Shown in pieces: positions 21,758 to 33,798 of a DNA stretch of 52,046 nt. Location of the stretch: NCBI GenBank assembly GCA_043228905.1, contig JBHGNT010000212.1, positions 1 to 52,046 of the forward strand, written 5' to 3'. Under the pieces are notes generated by a model. The model saw only the letters and a program-made list of their open reading frames with translations, made no database searches and had not been told where the DNA came from. The stretch comes from Azolla caroliniana. Its lineage: Eukaryota; Plantae; Polypodiophyta. Numbering within the stretch: position 1 is the stretch's first letter; each line of letters opens with the position of its first letter. The position numbers and the translations under genes were made by a program.

Positions 21758-22491
21758 AGGTGGAGTTTGTTAGGAAATAGGTCCCTCCAGATGGGAAGTG
21801 AGAACCGGATGACGAGTACCCGGCAACGGAAGACTCGGTGAGAACTGGATGTGGAGTACCCGGCAACGGAAGACCTGGTGAGAACCGGATGTGGAGTACC
21901 CGGCAACGAAAGACCCGGTGAGAACCGGATGTGGCGTACCCGGCAACGGAAGACCCGGTGAGGACCGGATGTGGCGTACCCGGAAATGGAAGACCCGGTG
22001 AGAACCGGATGTTGCAGGCCCGGTGAGAATCTCTCATCGGATGGAAGGGACATATATGTAAATATGTTCCAGAGAGCCCACTGGGGCTATATTTGTAAAT
22101 AGCCCGAAAGTCATATCAGTATAAATATGACCTACGGCAAAGACGATGATGTAGAGTTATTGGTGTAACTTTTGTAACTGTGTACAAAGAAGAGAGAGAG
22201 AGAGAGAGGAAGAGGTCGTTGCCTCTGTTGTAACTGCTTGGTGGTGAAGCGAGGGAGCAAGAGGTCGTTGCCTCTGTGCCCCATTGTTGTATTACTTTAC
22301 ATAGTGATATTTTGTAGTCTGAGGACTGCTGTGGTTTTTTCCCATAATTGGGTTTTTCCACGTTAACATCTTGTGCACTCTCTTCTTTACTGTTTTGTGC
22401 GTAGATACATCTTCCCACATCCCTGTTTTCTGTGATTGATCCGACGTCTCGGTTGTGGCCGAGCATAGCTTAGGGAATCGTATTCCTGTCA

Positions 22492-22694
22492 GATAATGTC
22501 TCGGTTCAATTAACATATTTTGAACAACAACAACTTGATGAAATCTTAAATGATTTTCGTGATGTTTTTCCGAGTGAAATACCAGATGGGTTACCTCCTA
22601 AACGTAATATAGACCATCGTATAGATATTGTACCTGGCATTGCACCAATAAGTATACCTCATCGCTTAAGTCAATCCAAAGAGGATGAGGTATC
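22492..22694 (+). pseudogene. Old chromodomain Gypsy, PR-RT junction (piece 2 of 3)
   Basis: Encodes DVFPSEIPDGLPPKRNIDHRIDIVPG and is bounded by the TSD copies GATAA and GTATC. Confidence 0.85.
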
Positions 22695-25600
22695 TGATAG
22701 GGGTGTATAAGATAATAGATAGTTATACACTATATGAGGGCTTGACCAAACCGATTAGATGGAGTTGAAAATCATAATATATTATATAGCTCTAGGTAAT
22801 TATGATTAGAGAGTATAACTCAAGAAACTAAGAAAAAAGATAGAGAAAGCGAGCAAGAAATAAGAATGTTCTGATATTCCAACATCAAGAGAATACAAAG
22901 GAGACAAACTCCACATTGAACTAAAACCAAAGACCTTCCTCTTCTAAGACACTTCTTCCTAACACTCCTCATTCACTCTTTTCCTTTACTCTTCCCCCCC
23001 TTCTCACTAATATCACTTCTTCTTTTATAACCTTCCTCTTCTTATCCACGTTCATGCTATTTTTAGAAGCTTTTTATCTCCCTATTTTTAGTTATGACAC
23101 ATCGACCTTCTAATCGTCATATCTCCCTCATCCGATATCCAAATTAAGCGATTTAAAAAGCTATAGAAAGCTCTTTTTACAAGCTTTCTAATACATATTT
23201 AAACGTGATATTTGGATAAACAACGAGGGAGTTATGACCATTCTATTTTTACTGTTTTTTATAGTCTGCGTTTTCTCTTTTTACTTTTCTCTTGGTCTCG
23301 TACTTTTACTTTTGACTTCTTTCCTAAGGTCTTAGTTCGTGTTCTTATCCTCAAAAGGTGAATTATCTATACTTTATATTCTCCTAATGTTCAATGGCTT
23401 AGATTCTAAAAACACTTTCACATTTAGCCCTCCTCCTTGTTAGAGGTTAAGCCATTTATGGCGAAGCACTTATTGGCAGTACTTAACAAACAAAAGCTCT
23501 CTCGCCAATCTCTTGGCTATAGACAATGAGAGAGATATAATAAAAAGAAAATAAAAAGATGTGAGTAAAACCCCCGCTAATCGGTAGGAAAAACCTCACA
23601 TTCTCTACAAATAAAAAAGATAATCACTATTACCATCTTCCTCTTTGTTAATAGAGAGAAAGATGGGTCTACAATATGGACTATTAAGAAAATAATGTAT
23701 GGGGAAACAAGTCCACTTCTTGCTCCCATCCATCCGTATCAACAATATCATTAGTAACTTGGGGAATATAAGTAGGTCCCCGAGTTACATACTTTTTAAG
23801 GCGCCATCCGTTCACTCGATAAGAATGAAGTGCTCCATCCACATCTTTCAATTGGTAACTTCCGTTGTCATACTTTTTGTGAACCACAAAGGGTCCTTCC
23901 CACTTATTATCAAGCTTTTGTCCTTGAATATAATCATATCTATTATCATACCTAAGAACCAATGATCCTTCTTCAATGTGGTTGCCCTTGTGTTTTTTGT
24001 CATATGCCTCCTTTCTCTTCATTGCTTGATTTAAGTAATGCTCCACAGCTTCTTCTCTTGAATATTGTAGTAGATGGTTGCTCGCTAAACGACTCATCAC
24101 ATCATTTCCTTTTGAGCGATGCGATGCCTCCATTAGTCTATTACTTTTGATCTCAAGTTCGATCGGAAGTAACGCTTCTTTTCCATAAACCAAATAAAAA
24201 GGAGTAAAACCTGTGGAGGATTTATAAGAAACTCTATAAGCCCAAAGAGTATCATCCAAATACCTATCCCATGTTCTTACTTTGTCTTGCACTAACTTTG
24301 TCAAATTCTTCACTATAAGCCCATTCACTTTCTCAACTGCACCATTTGCTTGAGGATAATAAGGCGTTGAATATCGATGCTTAATCTTCAACTTGCTTAA
24401 TAGACAAGCTAACATTTCACTCCTAAAACCGGGTCCATGATCGGATACAATCTCCATGGGAACTCCAAATCTCGTACAAATATTCTTATACACAAATTGG
24501 GCTACATCTTTGGCTTTAATCGAGGAAGTTGCTATAGCTTCCACCCACTTTGTCATGTAGTCAATGGCCACCAAAATAAACTCTTTACCATGTTGAGTTT
24601 TCGGAAGAGGTCCTACTGCATCAATTCCCCATTTCTCGAATGGAGCAAACACCACAATGGGTTGTAAAGGTCCACTTTGTAGATGTCTTATTCCCGCTTT
24701 TTGACATGCATCACAAGATCTACACCAATCATGCACATCCCTATGGATAGTAGGCCATGTAAAACCAATTAGTAAAATCTTTCTTATCATTATATCATGG
24801 GCTAAATGCCCACCACAAACTTCTTCATGCAACTTAAAGAGTATCTTTATAATCTCGCTTTTGTTAGGAACTCTTCGTAAAACTCCATCTTTCCCTTTGT
24901 TGTACAAATCTTCACCCACCAAATGATATTGTGAAGCCTTTGCCACCAAACGCTTTCTTTGCAAAGCATTGAGGTTATTTGGAAACTCTCCTTTATTAAG
25001 AAAATTATGTACTTCCTCTAGGGAGTCTACATCTTTGCACGTCTCCAAAACACCAACGAAACCTTCCTTGATCTTATCTAATTGGGCTTGAGCTAATGCA
25101 TCCGCTTCTTTATTGTATAATCTCCCCACATGCTTAACCTGTATCTTTTCAAAAGACCTTAGTAGACTCATTGCTTCTTTATAAAAATTTCTAAGCCCAT
25201 CACTTTGACATTTCCAATTGCCTTGAATTTGTTTAATTACCAATAAGGAATCACCCTTAAGAATTAATCTTTTTATCTTCATAGCTTTACATAGACGAAG
25301 ACCATAACACAAGGTAGCATACTCCGCTTCATTATTTGAATTCACACCACTTAATGTAATACCTTCACTTTTTACTCTGTCTCCTTGAGGATCCTTGAGA
25401 ATAATCCCACCCACGGCTATGTTTGTGGCTTTGCGAAATGCCCCATCAAAGAATAAGGTGAATGCATCCTCCATATCCGGCTCGGGAAGTGCCTTTCGTA
25501 GCTTTACCAAGTCTTCTTCATGAAAGGTTTCTCTAAAGGTGAGAAGATCCGCCAATTCGGCACGCATAGTTGATTCCAATTTGACTTCAAAATCAAACTC

Positions 25601-28600
25601 CGCCAATAGTAGAGCCCATTTAGCAATTCGTGCTGAAATGCTCACATGTTGGAGTACATATGGGAGTAATGACATGCTAGTGATTATTACAAAATGATGA
25701 GGTAGTAGAAAGCTTCTAAACTTTTTACAAGCATATATAAGAGCTAACATCCACTTTTCTACTTCTAAGAATTCTTTCTCTACATCAGACATGGCTTTAC
25801 TAATAAAATATATAGGATGCATAAGTCTATTTTCAGAATCTTGTTGCATAAGAATGGCTCCTATAGCATGAGATCCAACACTAAGAGAAAGAAAGAAGGT
25901 AGATGTTCTATCAGGTGGCTTTAGAATAGGAGCATTACATAATAGTTCTTTTATTCTTACATATTGCTCTTCAGTTGTAGATGTCCACAAGAAGTTGTTG
26001 GTGCGAAGAATAATGCGAAAAGGATAGAGAATTTGGGCCAACATATGAATGAATCGTTCAAAGTAACGAACTTTTTGAACAAATACCTCCAAATCTTTGA
26101 TACTCGTGGGTGTTGTCATCTTTTGAATTGCTTCAATCTTTGAGCTATCAACTTTGATTCCTTCTTGAGACACCACATGACCAAGCATCACCACCTCCTT
26201 TTCACCTATGTGACACTTCTCTGGGTTGAGTTGCATTTTGCATTCCTCCAATCTTTTGAATGCCAAGCGAACCTTTTCCAAATGGTCTTTCCTGCTACTA
26301 TAAATTGCAAAGTCATCCATAAAGACTCTAACAAACTTTCCAAAGAATGGTTGGAATACATGAATAGCAAGACGATTAAATGTAAAAACAGCATTTGTGA
26401 GTCCAAAGGGCATGCATCGATATGCAAAGCATCCCCATGGAGTGATGAATGTCGTCTTCTTTTGATCCTCTTCCGCAATACGAATTTGAAAATAACCTGA
26501 ATAGCCATCACAAACAGAGTACATTTCATGACCCGCAATTTCATCTAATATTTCATCTTGGAAAGGGAGAGGAAAGTGATCCCTCTTGGTAGCCGCATTT
26601 AGAGGTTTGTAATCAACACAAACCCTCCATTTTCCATTCTTTTTAGGTACCACCACAATGGGCGAAACCCATTCAGAATCTTCCACTGGGTAAATGAATT
26701 GTGCACGCAACAAAGCTTTGACTTCCTTTAATAAGGCCTCCTTTTGCACGTGACCTAGCCTTCGCAACTTTTGCGCAACGGGAGTTGTACCCTCCTTTAG
26801 ATTTATGTGATGTTGGATGACATCTACACCCCTAATATGAGCATAATCACTAATGAAAAGGTTAGGAAATTCAGAAATCAAATTAATAAATTGTTGCCTC
26901 TCTTGCCCTTTAAGATCTTTAGAAATCATCTTCTCTTTTTGCTCCATAGTAATTAAACCTCTTTCATCATCTTCTTCCTTCAAAACGGCATATGATGTGG
27001 TCATTTCCCATTCTGACGAGGAATCTTCACTTTCATCACTTTCATATGCGGACCCACTATCATATTCAGTTATTCCATCTTCTTCTTTCTCAATAAGTCT
27101 TTGTTGCCGCATATCATAATGTATGCTCACTCCTTTTGATGGCGTTATGGTCATCAAACCTTTGCTCCAATCTTGGACAACATTGAGTTCTTGCATCCAT
27201 GGTCGTCCTAGTACCAAAGAATATGACGGTCCTTTTAGTGGTATTACATGAAAATCCATGGAAATGCTTACCCCAAAACACTTGATGACAACATCCTCCA
27301 CTATGCCAATGCAATGGACCACTCCACCATCGGCTACAGCCACTCTTGCCGAAGATGACCTACTTATAGGAATTCCCACTTTGTTTACCACAAATTCAGA
27401 AATCAAGCTTACTCTAGCACCACTATCAACCAATGCATCTTTGATGTGAAACCCTTTGATGGAGACGGGGATGGTGGGTCGTATGTCCTTTCGATCTTCT
27501 ACTCGCACGATTCCCACATAATGCACAGTCTTCCGACTTTGGCGAATACTTGCAAGTCGCCCCCACTCCTTTCGTAATGTGGGAGATAATTGGAGAAGTT
27601 GCGGCCATGTTATCCTTGGTCCACTTGAAATCAACTCATGCTTCAAATTGAAAGCTTCTACACCTTCACCCATAGGAATGTCCTCCATCTTGATCTTTCT
27701 TCTAGAGTGTCTCCTTCTCAATTTTTCCTCTTTCTCATTCTCCTTAGACTTCTTCTTTTGTCTTGAGGCACTAGATTCTCCTTCAACTTCTTTCTCCTTT
27801 TGCGAGGACCTTGTCCTTTTCACAGGAGCTACTTCAAAAGAATTATCACTATCATCAATAAAATTAAGAAGATTCACATTATGAGGAATTGTAGGAACCT
27901 GAGCCATAGGGAGTGTTACGTTTCCTTCGACTTCATTGTTGTTAGGTCGTTGTCCATTCCTTTGCACTTGATAAATGCCTCTTCCCATGCCTCTTTGTTG
28001 TCGATGAGGACATCTTGTTGAGATGTGTCCCTCCTCTTGACAAGAATAACAAATTACACCGTGATGCCCTCTAGAGCCACCACCATTGGGAATAGTGTTG
28101 TGAATTGCTTGGGATTGTCGCAAGTGGGTCATCACTTCATCAAAGCGCCGATTTACCAATGCCATGGTATCTTGTTCACTCCTCACTTGTTCAACTTCTT
28201 GGGATATACTTGTTGGGTTTATTGTTGTGGTGGTATACACATTTGGAAACACTTGTCCCCCGTGCACAATTGAAGATGAGGCTTGAAAGTTGGCACGAGG
28301 CATCAAATTTGCACCCAAAGCCGTCATTTGGGGATCCCCCAAGGAGCTCATCATCTTCACTTGTCGATCATAAGCTTGACAAACTTGGATAAGAGCTTGA
28401 AACTATGTGGGATCCTTCAAGTTTGCTTCCAAACGGAAATACATATCAAGACCCATCTTGAATCGTTCCATTTTAAACCACTCGTCTTCAGTGCCGCCAC
28501 GAAGACGAATCCATGTAGTCCACAAATCCTTGAAATTTCTTTCATACTCAGTGAAACCAATTGGTGATTCCATCTTTAGTCGAAATAGCTCTTCCCTTAC

Positions 28601-29659
28601 TTCGGTTGCACTTCGTCGTTGAATATATTTGGCACGAAACTGGTGCACCAACAATTGATATGCTCCCTGTTGGTTTGGAGGAAGAGAGTCATACCAATCT
28701 CGAGCTCGACCATAGAATGTAGCTACCAATAAAGGTAACTTCTCATTGTCGGTGATGCGTCCAATAGAGACAGCATGATGCTCAAAAGATGCCAAAAAGG
28801 CACCCGCATCTTGTGTTCTTTCACCTGAAAATGCAAATTGCATAGCTAAGTTAATGTAATATAGTAACACAATTAAATGATAAGTTCTCCCTCCTATACG
28901 GAAAGGATCCGCCCTCCCTGGAGCGCCAAAATGATAGGGGTGTATAAGATAATAGATAGTTATACACTATATGAGGGCTTGACCAAACCGATTAGATGGA
29001 GTTGAAAATCATAATATATTATATAGCTCTAGGTAATTATGATTAGAGAGTATAACTCAAGAAACTAAGAAAAAAGATAGAGAAAGCGAGCAAGAAATAA
29101 GAATGTTCTGATATTCCAACATCAAGAGAATACAAAGGAGACAAACTCCACATTGAACTAAAACCAAAGACCTTCCTCTTCTAAGACACTTCTTCCTAAC
29201 ACTCCTCATTCACTCTTTTCCTTTACTCTTCCCCCCCTTCTCACTAATATCACTTCTTCTTTTATAACCTTCCTCTTCTTATCCACGTTCATGCTATTTT
29301 TAGAAGCTTTTTATCTCCCTATTTTTAGCTATGACACATCGACCTTCTAATCGTCATATCTCCCTCATCCGATATCCAAATTAAGCGATTTAAAAAGCTA
29401 TAGAAAGCTCTTTTTACAAGCTTTCTAATCCATATTTAAACGTGATATTTGGATAAACAACGAGGGAGTTATGACCATTCTATTTTTACTGTTTTTTATA
29501 GTCTGCGTTTTCTCTTTTTACTTTTCTCTTGGTCTCGTACTTTTACTTTTGACTTCTTTCCTAAGGTCTTAGTTCGTGTTCTTATCCTCAAAAGGTGAAT
29601 TATCTATACTTTATATTCTCCTAATGTTCAATGGCTTAGATTCTAAAAACACTTTCACA
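22695..29659 (-). mobile_element. Full-length Tat-like Ty3/Gypsy with an additional archaeal-type RNase H, recent insertion
   Basis: 728-bp LTRs at 22695-23422 and 28932-29659 (two substitutions seen). TSD GTATC. PBS 28912-28928 (resembles a tRNA-Asn-type PBS; tentative). PPT 23423-23438. Confidence 0.96.
23684..28843 (-). CDS. Gag-Pol (gag, CCHC, PR, RT, degenerate RH, aRH, INT) with one in-frame TAG at 28403-28405
   Basis: ORFs 28403-28870 and 23684-28360 are in frame and joined by FQALIQVCQAYDRQ. Motifs: CYSCQEEGHISTRC, LVDSGA, FMDD, FDGA..NNEAEY..GDS..NKEAD, HHCC/DDE, GPF. Confidence 0.93.
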
Positions 29660-32340
29660 GTATCTAAGCAACTCAAGGACTATTTACGATTGGGTTACAT
29701 ATGTTATAGTAAATCTCCATGGGGTGCACTAGTTCTCTTAGTTAAAAAGAAAGAGGGCACATGGCGTATGTGTATTAATTACCGACGCTTGAATAAAGTG
29801 ACAATCAAGAATTCCTATCCATTATCCCGAGCTGACGATCTAATTGACCGTGTCCAGGGAGCTCGGTATTTTACAAAACTTGATCTCCGTACTGGCTACC
29901 ATCGAATTCGTATAAGTGAGGACGATGTTCCAAAAACGGCATTTCGTACGCGCTATGGCCATTATGAGTTTTTGGTTATGCCTTTTGGTTTGACCAATGC
30001 TTCGGCTACATTTTAACAAGAAATGAATGACATTTTCTGAGAACAACTTGGAAAATTTGTCGTTATTTTCTTGGATGATATTTTAGTTTATAGCCGTACA
30101 TTACAAGAACATGCTAAACAAGTCCGCTTTGTTTTACAAACATTGCGTGACAAACAGTTTTATGCGAAGATCTCAAAATGTGAGTTCTTCAAGAAATCAA
30201 TTACTTATCTTGGACATCTCATAACCGAACGAGGAGTTGAAATTGATCCTTCTCGCATCGAGAAAATCAAGCTTTGCCCCACTCTTCGGAATATTCGAGA
30301 AGTTCGATAATTCCTTGGTTTTGTCGTGTTTTTGCGAAAATCCCTTCATAATTACTCCCAATTGACGACGCCGTTTACTGATATTCTAAAAGGTCAAACA
30401 CGTAAGTCTACAAAACCTATTGTCTGGAATGCTACACTAGACCTCGCCTTTAAGGAACTCAAGGACTTGGTGTGGAAGGCTCCTTCTCTTCTTTTACCTG
30501 ATCCTTCAAAACCTTTTGAGGTTGAAACCGATGCAAGCGATTATGCTATAGGTGCTGTCTTATATCAAGATGGTAAACCAATAACATTCGAGAGTAAGAA
30601 ACTTGATTCTGCTCAATGTCGGTATACCATTCAAGAAAGCTCAAAACATGGCGCCATTATCTTTATGGAAATCGCTTTGTGGTAACTACGGACCACGAGT
30701 CCTTGAAATATTTTTGTGACCGACAAGACCTAAAAGATCGTAAGGCATGATGGGCTGATCTCATCCAGGACTTTGATTTTTCCATACGATATCGTAAAGG
30801 TTCCATGAATATTGTCGCTGATGCACTAAGTCGCATCCGTGAAGTTAACATGCTTAGCTTCACTGAAATAACATCGGATCTTTATGATCACCTTTGAGGA
30901 AAGTATCTTGATGACAGTTATTTTGCAGAATACTGAGCAAGAGTTGAGTCTGGAACAGACACCACCACATCCTCGAAGGAATACTTCCACATTGCTAACG
31001 GTCTGCTCTACCATAATGGGAAGGTTTGTGTTCCAAATTTACCCGAGGTCAAAAAGAGGATTCTTTTTTAATGCCATGATGCACCCTCAGTAAGGCACCC
31101 TGGAATACACTGTACACTCATTCTCATCTCCACTCAATTTTATTGGCCTAAGATGCGCCCTAACATACATAGCTATGTGACTAAATGTCACCAATGTCAG
31201 GTTAACAAAGCCGAGCAACTTAAAGCCGCAGGACTTTTACATCCCTTGGACATTCCCAATAATAAGTGGGAAAGTATATCCATGGATTTTATTGTTAGCC
31301 CTCCTCGCACCGAAAAAGGCCACAATGCCATATGGGTTGTGGTTGATAGAATAACTAAAATGGCTAGATTTATTGCTACCAAAACCATGGTAACAACTCT
31401 TGAATTGGCTTACCAGTTCGTTGACGAGTTATTTCGTTTTTATGGGTTACCGATGGATATCATGAGTGATTGAGATCCAAAGTTTACTAGTGACTTCTGG
31501 ACGCAAGTCTTTAAGAAATTAGAAACTACATTGAGCATGAGCTCCACAGATCATCCTCAATTCGATGGACAAATAGAACGAGTAAATCAAATTATTGAGG
31601 ATATGGTTCGAGCATACGTTGGTACAAAACCAACAAAATGGGAACGTTATCTCCCAATTTTGGAGTTTTCTTATAACAACTCCAAGCATACATCGACGGG
31701 ATATAGTCCTTTTATGTTGATGTATGGTTTTCAGCCACGAGCCCCAGTTGATGTTAATATACATCATGATGAGTTGCGATGTACGCAAAACTTTCTTCGG
31801 GATATGCAAGATATGTTGCATATTGCATGAGATAATATAAAAACAGCTGAAGATAGAGCGCGTTTTTATGCCGATCATCATAGGCAACCTCGTGTATTCA
31901 ACCCTGGACAGAAGGTATTTTTACGTGTACCTCACAATTCTAAGACATTGTCTAAGGGTAAGTGCGCTAAGTTAGCCCCACGGTTTTGTGGATCTTTTAC
32001 AGTCCTCAAACGCATTGGGTCATCAGCCTATTGTCTCGCTCTTCTCGATGGTGTTAAAATTCATCCAGTTTTTCATGTGAGTCGTCTAAAAGAACTTCTA
32101 GGTTTTGGCAACGATACAGTTACAACTGAAACTCTGGTTACATCATGTACTAGAATTATCTTTTAAACCACATGTACTAGAAACAATTCTCGATGTTAAA
32201 ACAAAAACATTATGTACTAAAAAAATCCGAGAATTTAAAATAAAATGGATGGATAAATCAATAAAAGATGCCACATGGGAACGCGAAAATACTCTCAGAA
32301 CTAACTTCCCTAACTTTCCATTGCAAGAGTGCAATGTTTT
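29660..32340 (+). pseudogene. Old chromovirus-type Gypsy RT-RH-INT-chromodomain (piece 3 of 3)
   Basis: [26 protein letters not shown] and HPVFHVSRLK motifs. Chromodomain-like ILD..FKIKW..DATWE at ~32185-32285. Many premature stops. Confidence 0.9.
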
Positions 32341-32354
32341 AAAGAGGGGGAGTA

Positions 32355-32802
32355 TATTACAGGAATGACCATATAATATCCCGTGGTGAGAATTTACCGT
32401 AGTATTCTATACACGTGGATAAGTCTGAGGGTTAAACGAGAAAGTAAAGATGGGGATGATTACTTTTAATCCTTGGGATTGAGACAACCCATTAGGCCAA
32501 GTGTGAACTTGCCTGGGGCCCTTGGGTATCGCTATAAATAAGAGGCCTAGCTATTTCATCTTTCTTTTGACTACGTCGAGACTCTGTTCTTGTGGTGGGT
32601 CAACTCTAGTAGCGAGCGTGCTAGCACCAAGTATGACTCGACGCCACGACGGTGGTATGGGACATTGATCGAGGCTCGAGTCCGTCTTGATGCCTTCACT
32701 CGGGGGTGGTCGGGTGGATCGGCACCCTTCTTTCTCTCTCTCCTTTCTATCTATCATTCTTTTATCCTTATCATATGCTTACATTAGTTCATATCTCTAA
32801 TA
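32355..32802 (+). repeat. Probable decayed 3' LTR of the old chromovirus
   Basis: Follows PPT AAAGAGGGGGAG (32341-32352) and has TATAAATA at ~32533. Ends are decayed, and no matching 5' LTR was found upstream of the gag. Confidence 0.55.
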
Positions 32803-33028
32803 CTCTCTCTTTCATACATCGTCCCGAGTTAGGAGTAAATGTCACCTAATGCTCTCTCATAATCTAGTTGAGGTAGTTGGATCATATGTATACTTGGGAG
32901 TCACTTTCAGTGCTCGCTCAGGTAAATTCTCGATGACCCAGGCAACCAAAGATAGGCTAATGAGAAGGTATGCATCCCTCTCACTCTTAGAGAGACAATG
33001 CCACCAGGCATACTTTCTAGAGCCACGG

Positions 33029-33748
33029 TGTCATGAGGACTTTTTACCATGTTGGGAAAACCTAAGTGGAATGATTAAAACAAGATGTGGAACGTAGCAC
33101 ATATACCTATTAAATTCGTAACCTAGGAGTAAATAAGCAAATGTAAAGTGTAAGGTGTTCTACAAAAATTCGTTGAGTGTAAATATAATGATGTGGACTT
33201 GTGTGCACATAGGCACATAGGAAAGGGGAGTACGTGGGGGTACAAATATGATGGGCAATGACATTGAAAGCGTGAGGCGAGAGAGTTAAAGGCCCACCGA
33301 TTTAAGATCATGGGAGTTATTCCCCATTAAAGGAAACCGGATTTGACTCCTCTTTATGTAATTTGCCTCACCCCTTACAACTATAAAAGGGAGTGAGGGG
33401 TCACTTTTGAGGGGCTTCCACTTTTGGGGTTTTCTTTGGGGAGTCACCATTTTGAGGGTTTCAGTTTAGGGTTTCATTCTTCTTCTTCTTTACCTATCCG
33501 GTTAGGGTTTCTTCTAGGGTTTTGATTTGGCCTACCCGGCCATTGTTGTAATCGTATATTGGATTCTTAATATAGTTTGTTGATGTATCTTGTCTCTATT
33601 TTCTCTACCATACTAACCTCTTATTCTTTCTCCTTTCCTCTTGAGCTCAAAGGTCAAAGGTTAAGCTCCCATTCCCCCTCTACTACCTAGTCCAAAACCC
33701 CTGCGGTCCCGCCTAAGATCCTTCACGTACCCACGGAATTACGCGACA
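33029..33748 (+). mobile_element. Solo LTR (family C) with 4-bp TSD
   Basis: TGTCA...CGCGACA termini; TSD ACGG (33025-33028 / 33749-33752); TATAAAA at 33382; U5 motif shared with families A and B. Confidence 0.85.
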
Positions 33749-33798
33749 ACGGACTAAGGGATGGCTCTTCGACTCACTAGTGACCCCTTCCCTCATGT

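Larger units (their letters stand above)
16289..22491 (+). mobile_element. Full-length but decayed Ty1/Copia (Tork/Tnt1-like) nested in the old Gypsy
   Basis: LTRs 16289-16932 and 21768-22491, TSD GATAA, PBS TGGTATCAGAGC (16936-16947, tRNA-iMet), gag-PR-INT-RT-RH order. Confidence 0.95.

Noticed and set aside
28403-28405. In-frame TAG in Tat gag as a gag/pol readthrough site
   Set aside because: It lies inside the capsid region, upstream of the knuckle, and the related ORF has Ser at this position (YPRSF versus DPT*F). Likely a nonsense mutation.
29576-29659. N-terminus of ORF 29576-30016
   Set aside because: A chance read-through from the Tat LTR into the old Gypsy RT, not a genuine start.
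33465-33523. TTAGGGTTT-like motifs as an interstitial telomere
   Set aside because: Three isolated telo-box-like motifs inside a solo LTR, not a tandem array.
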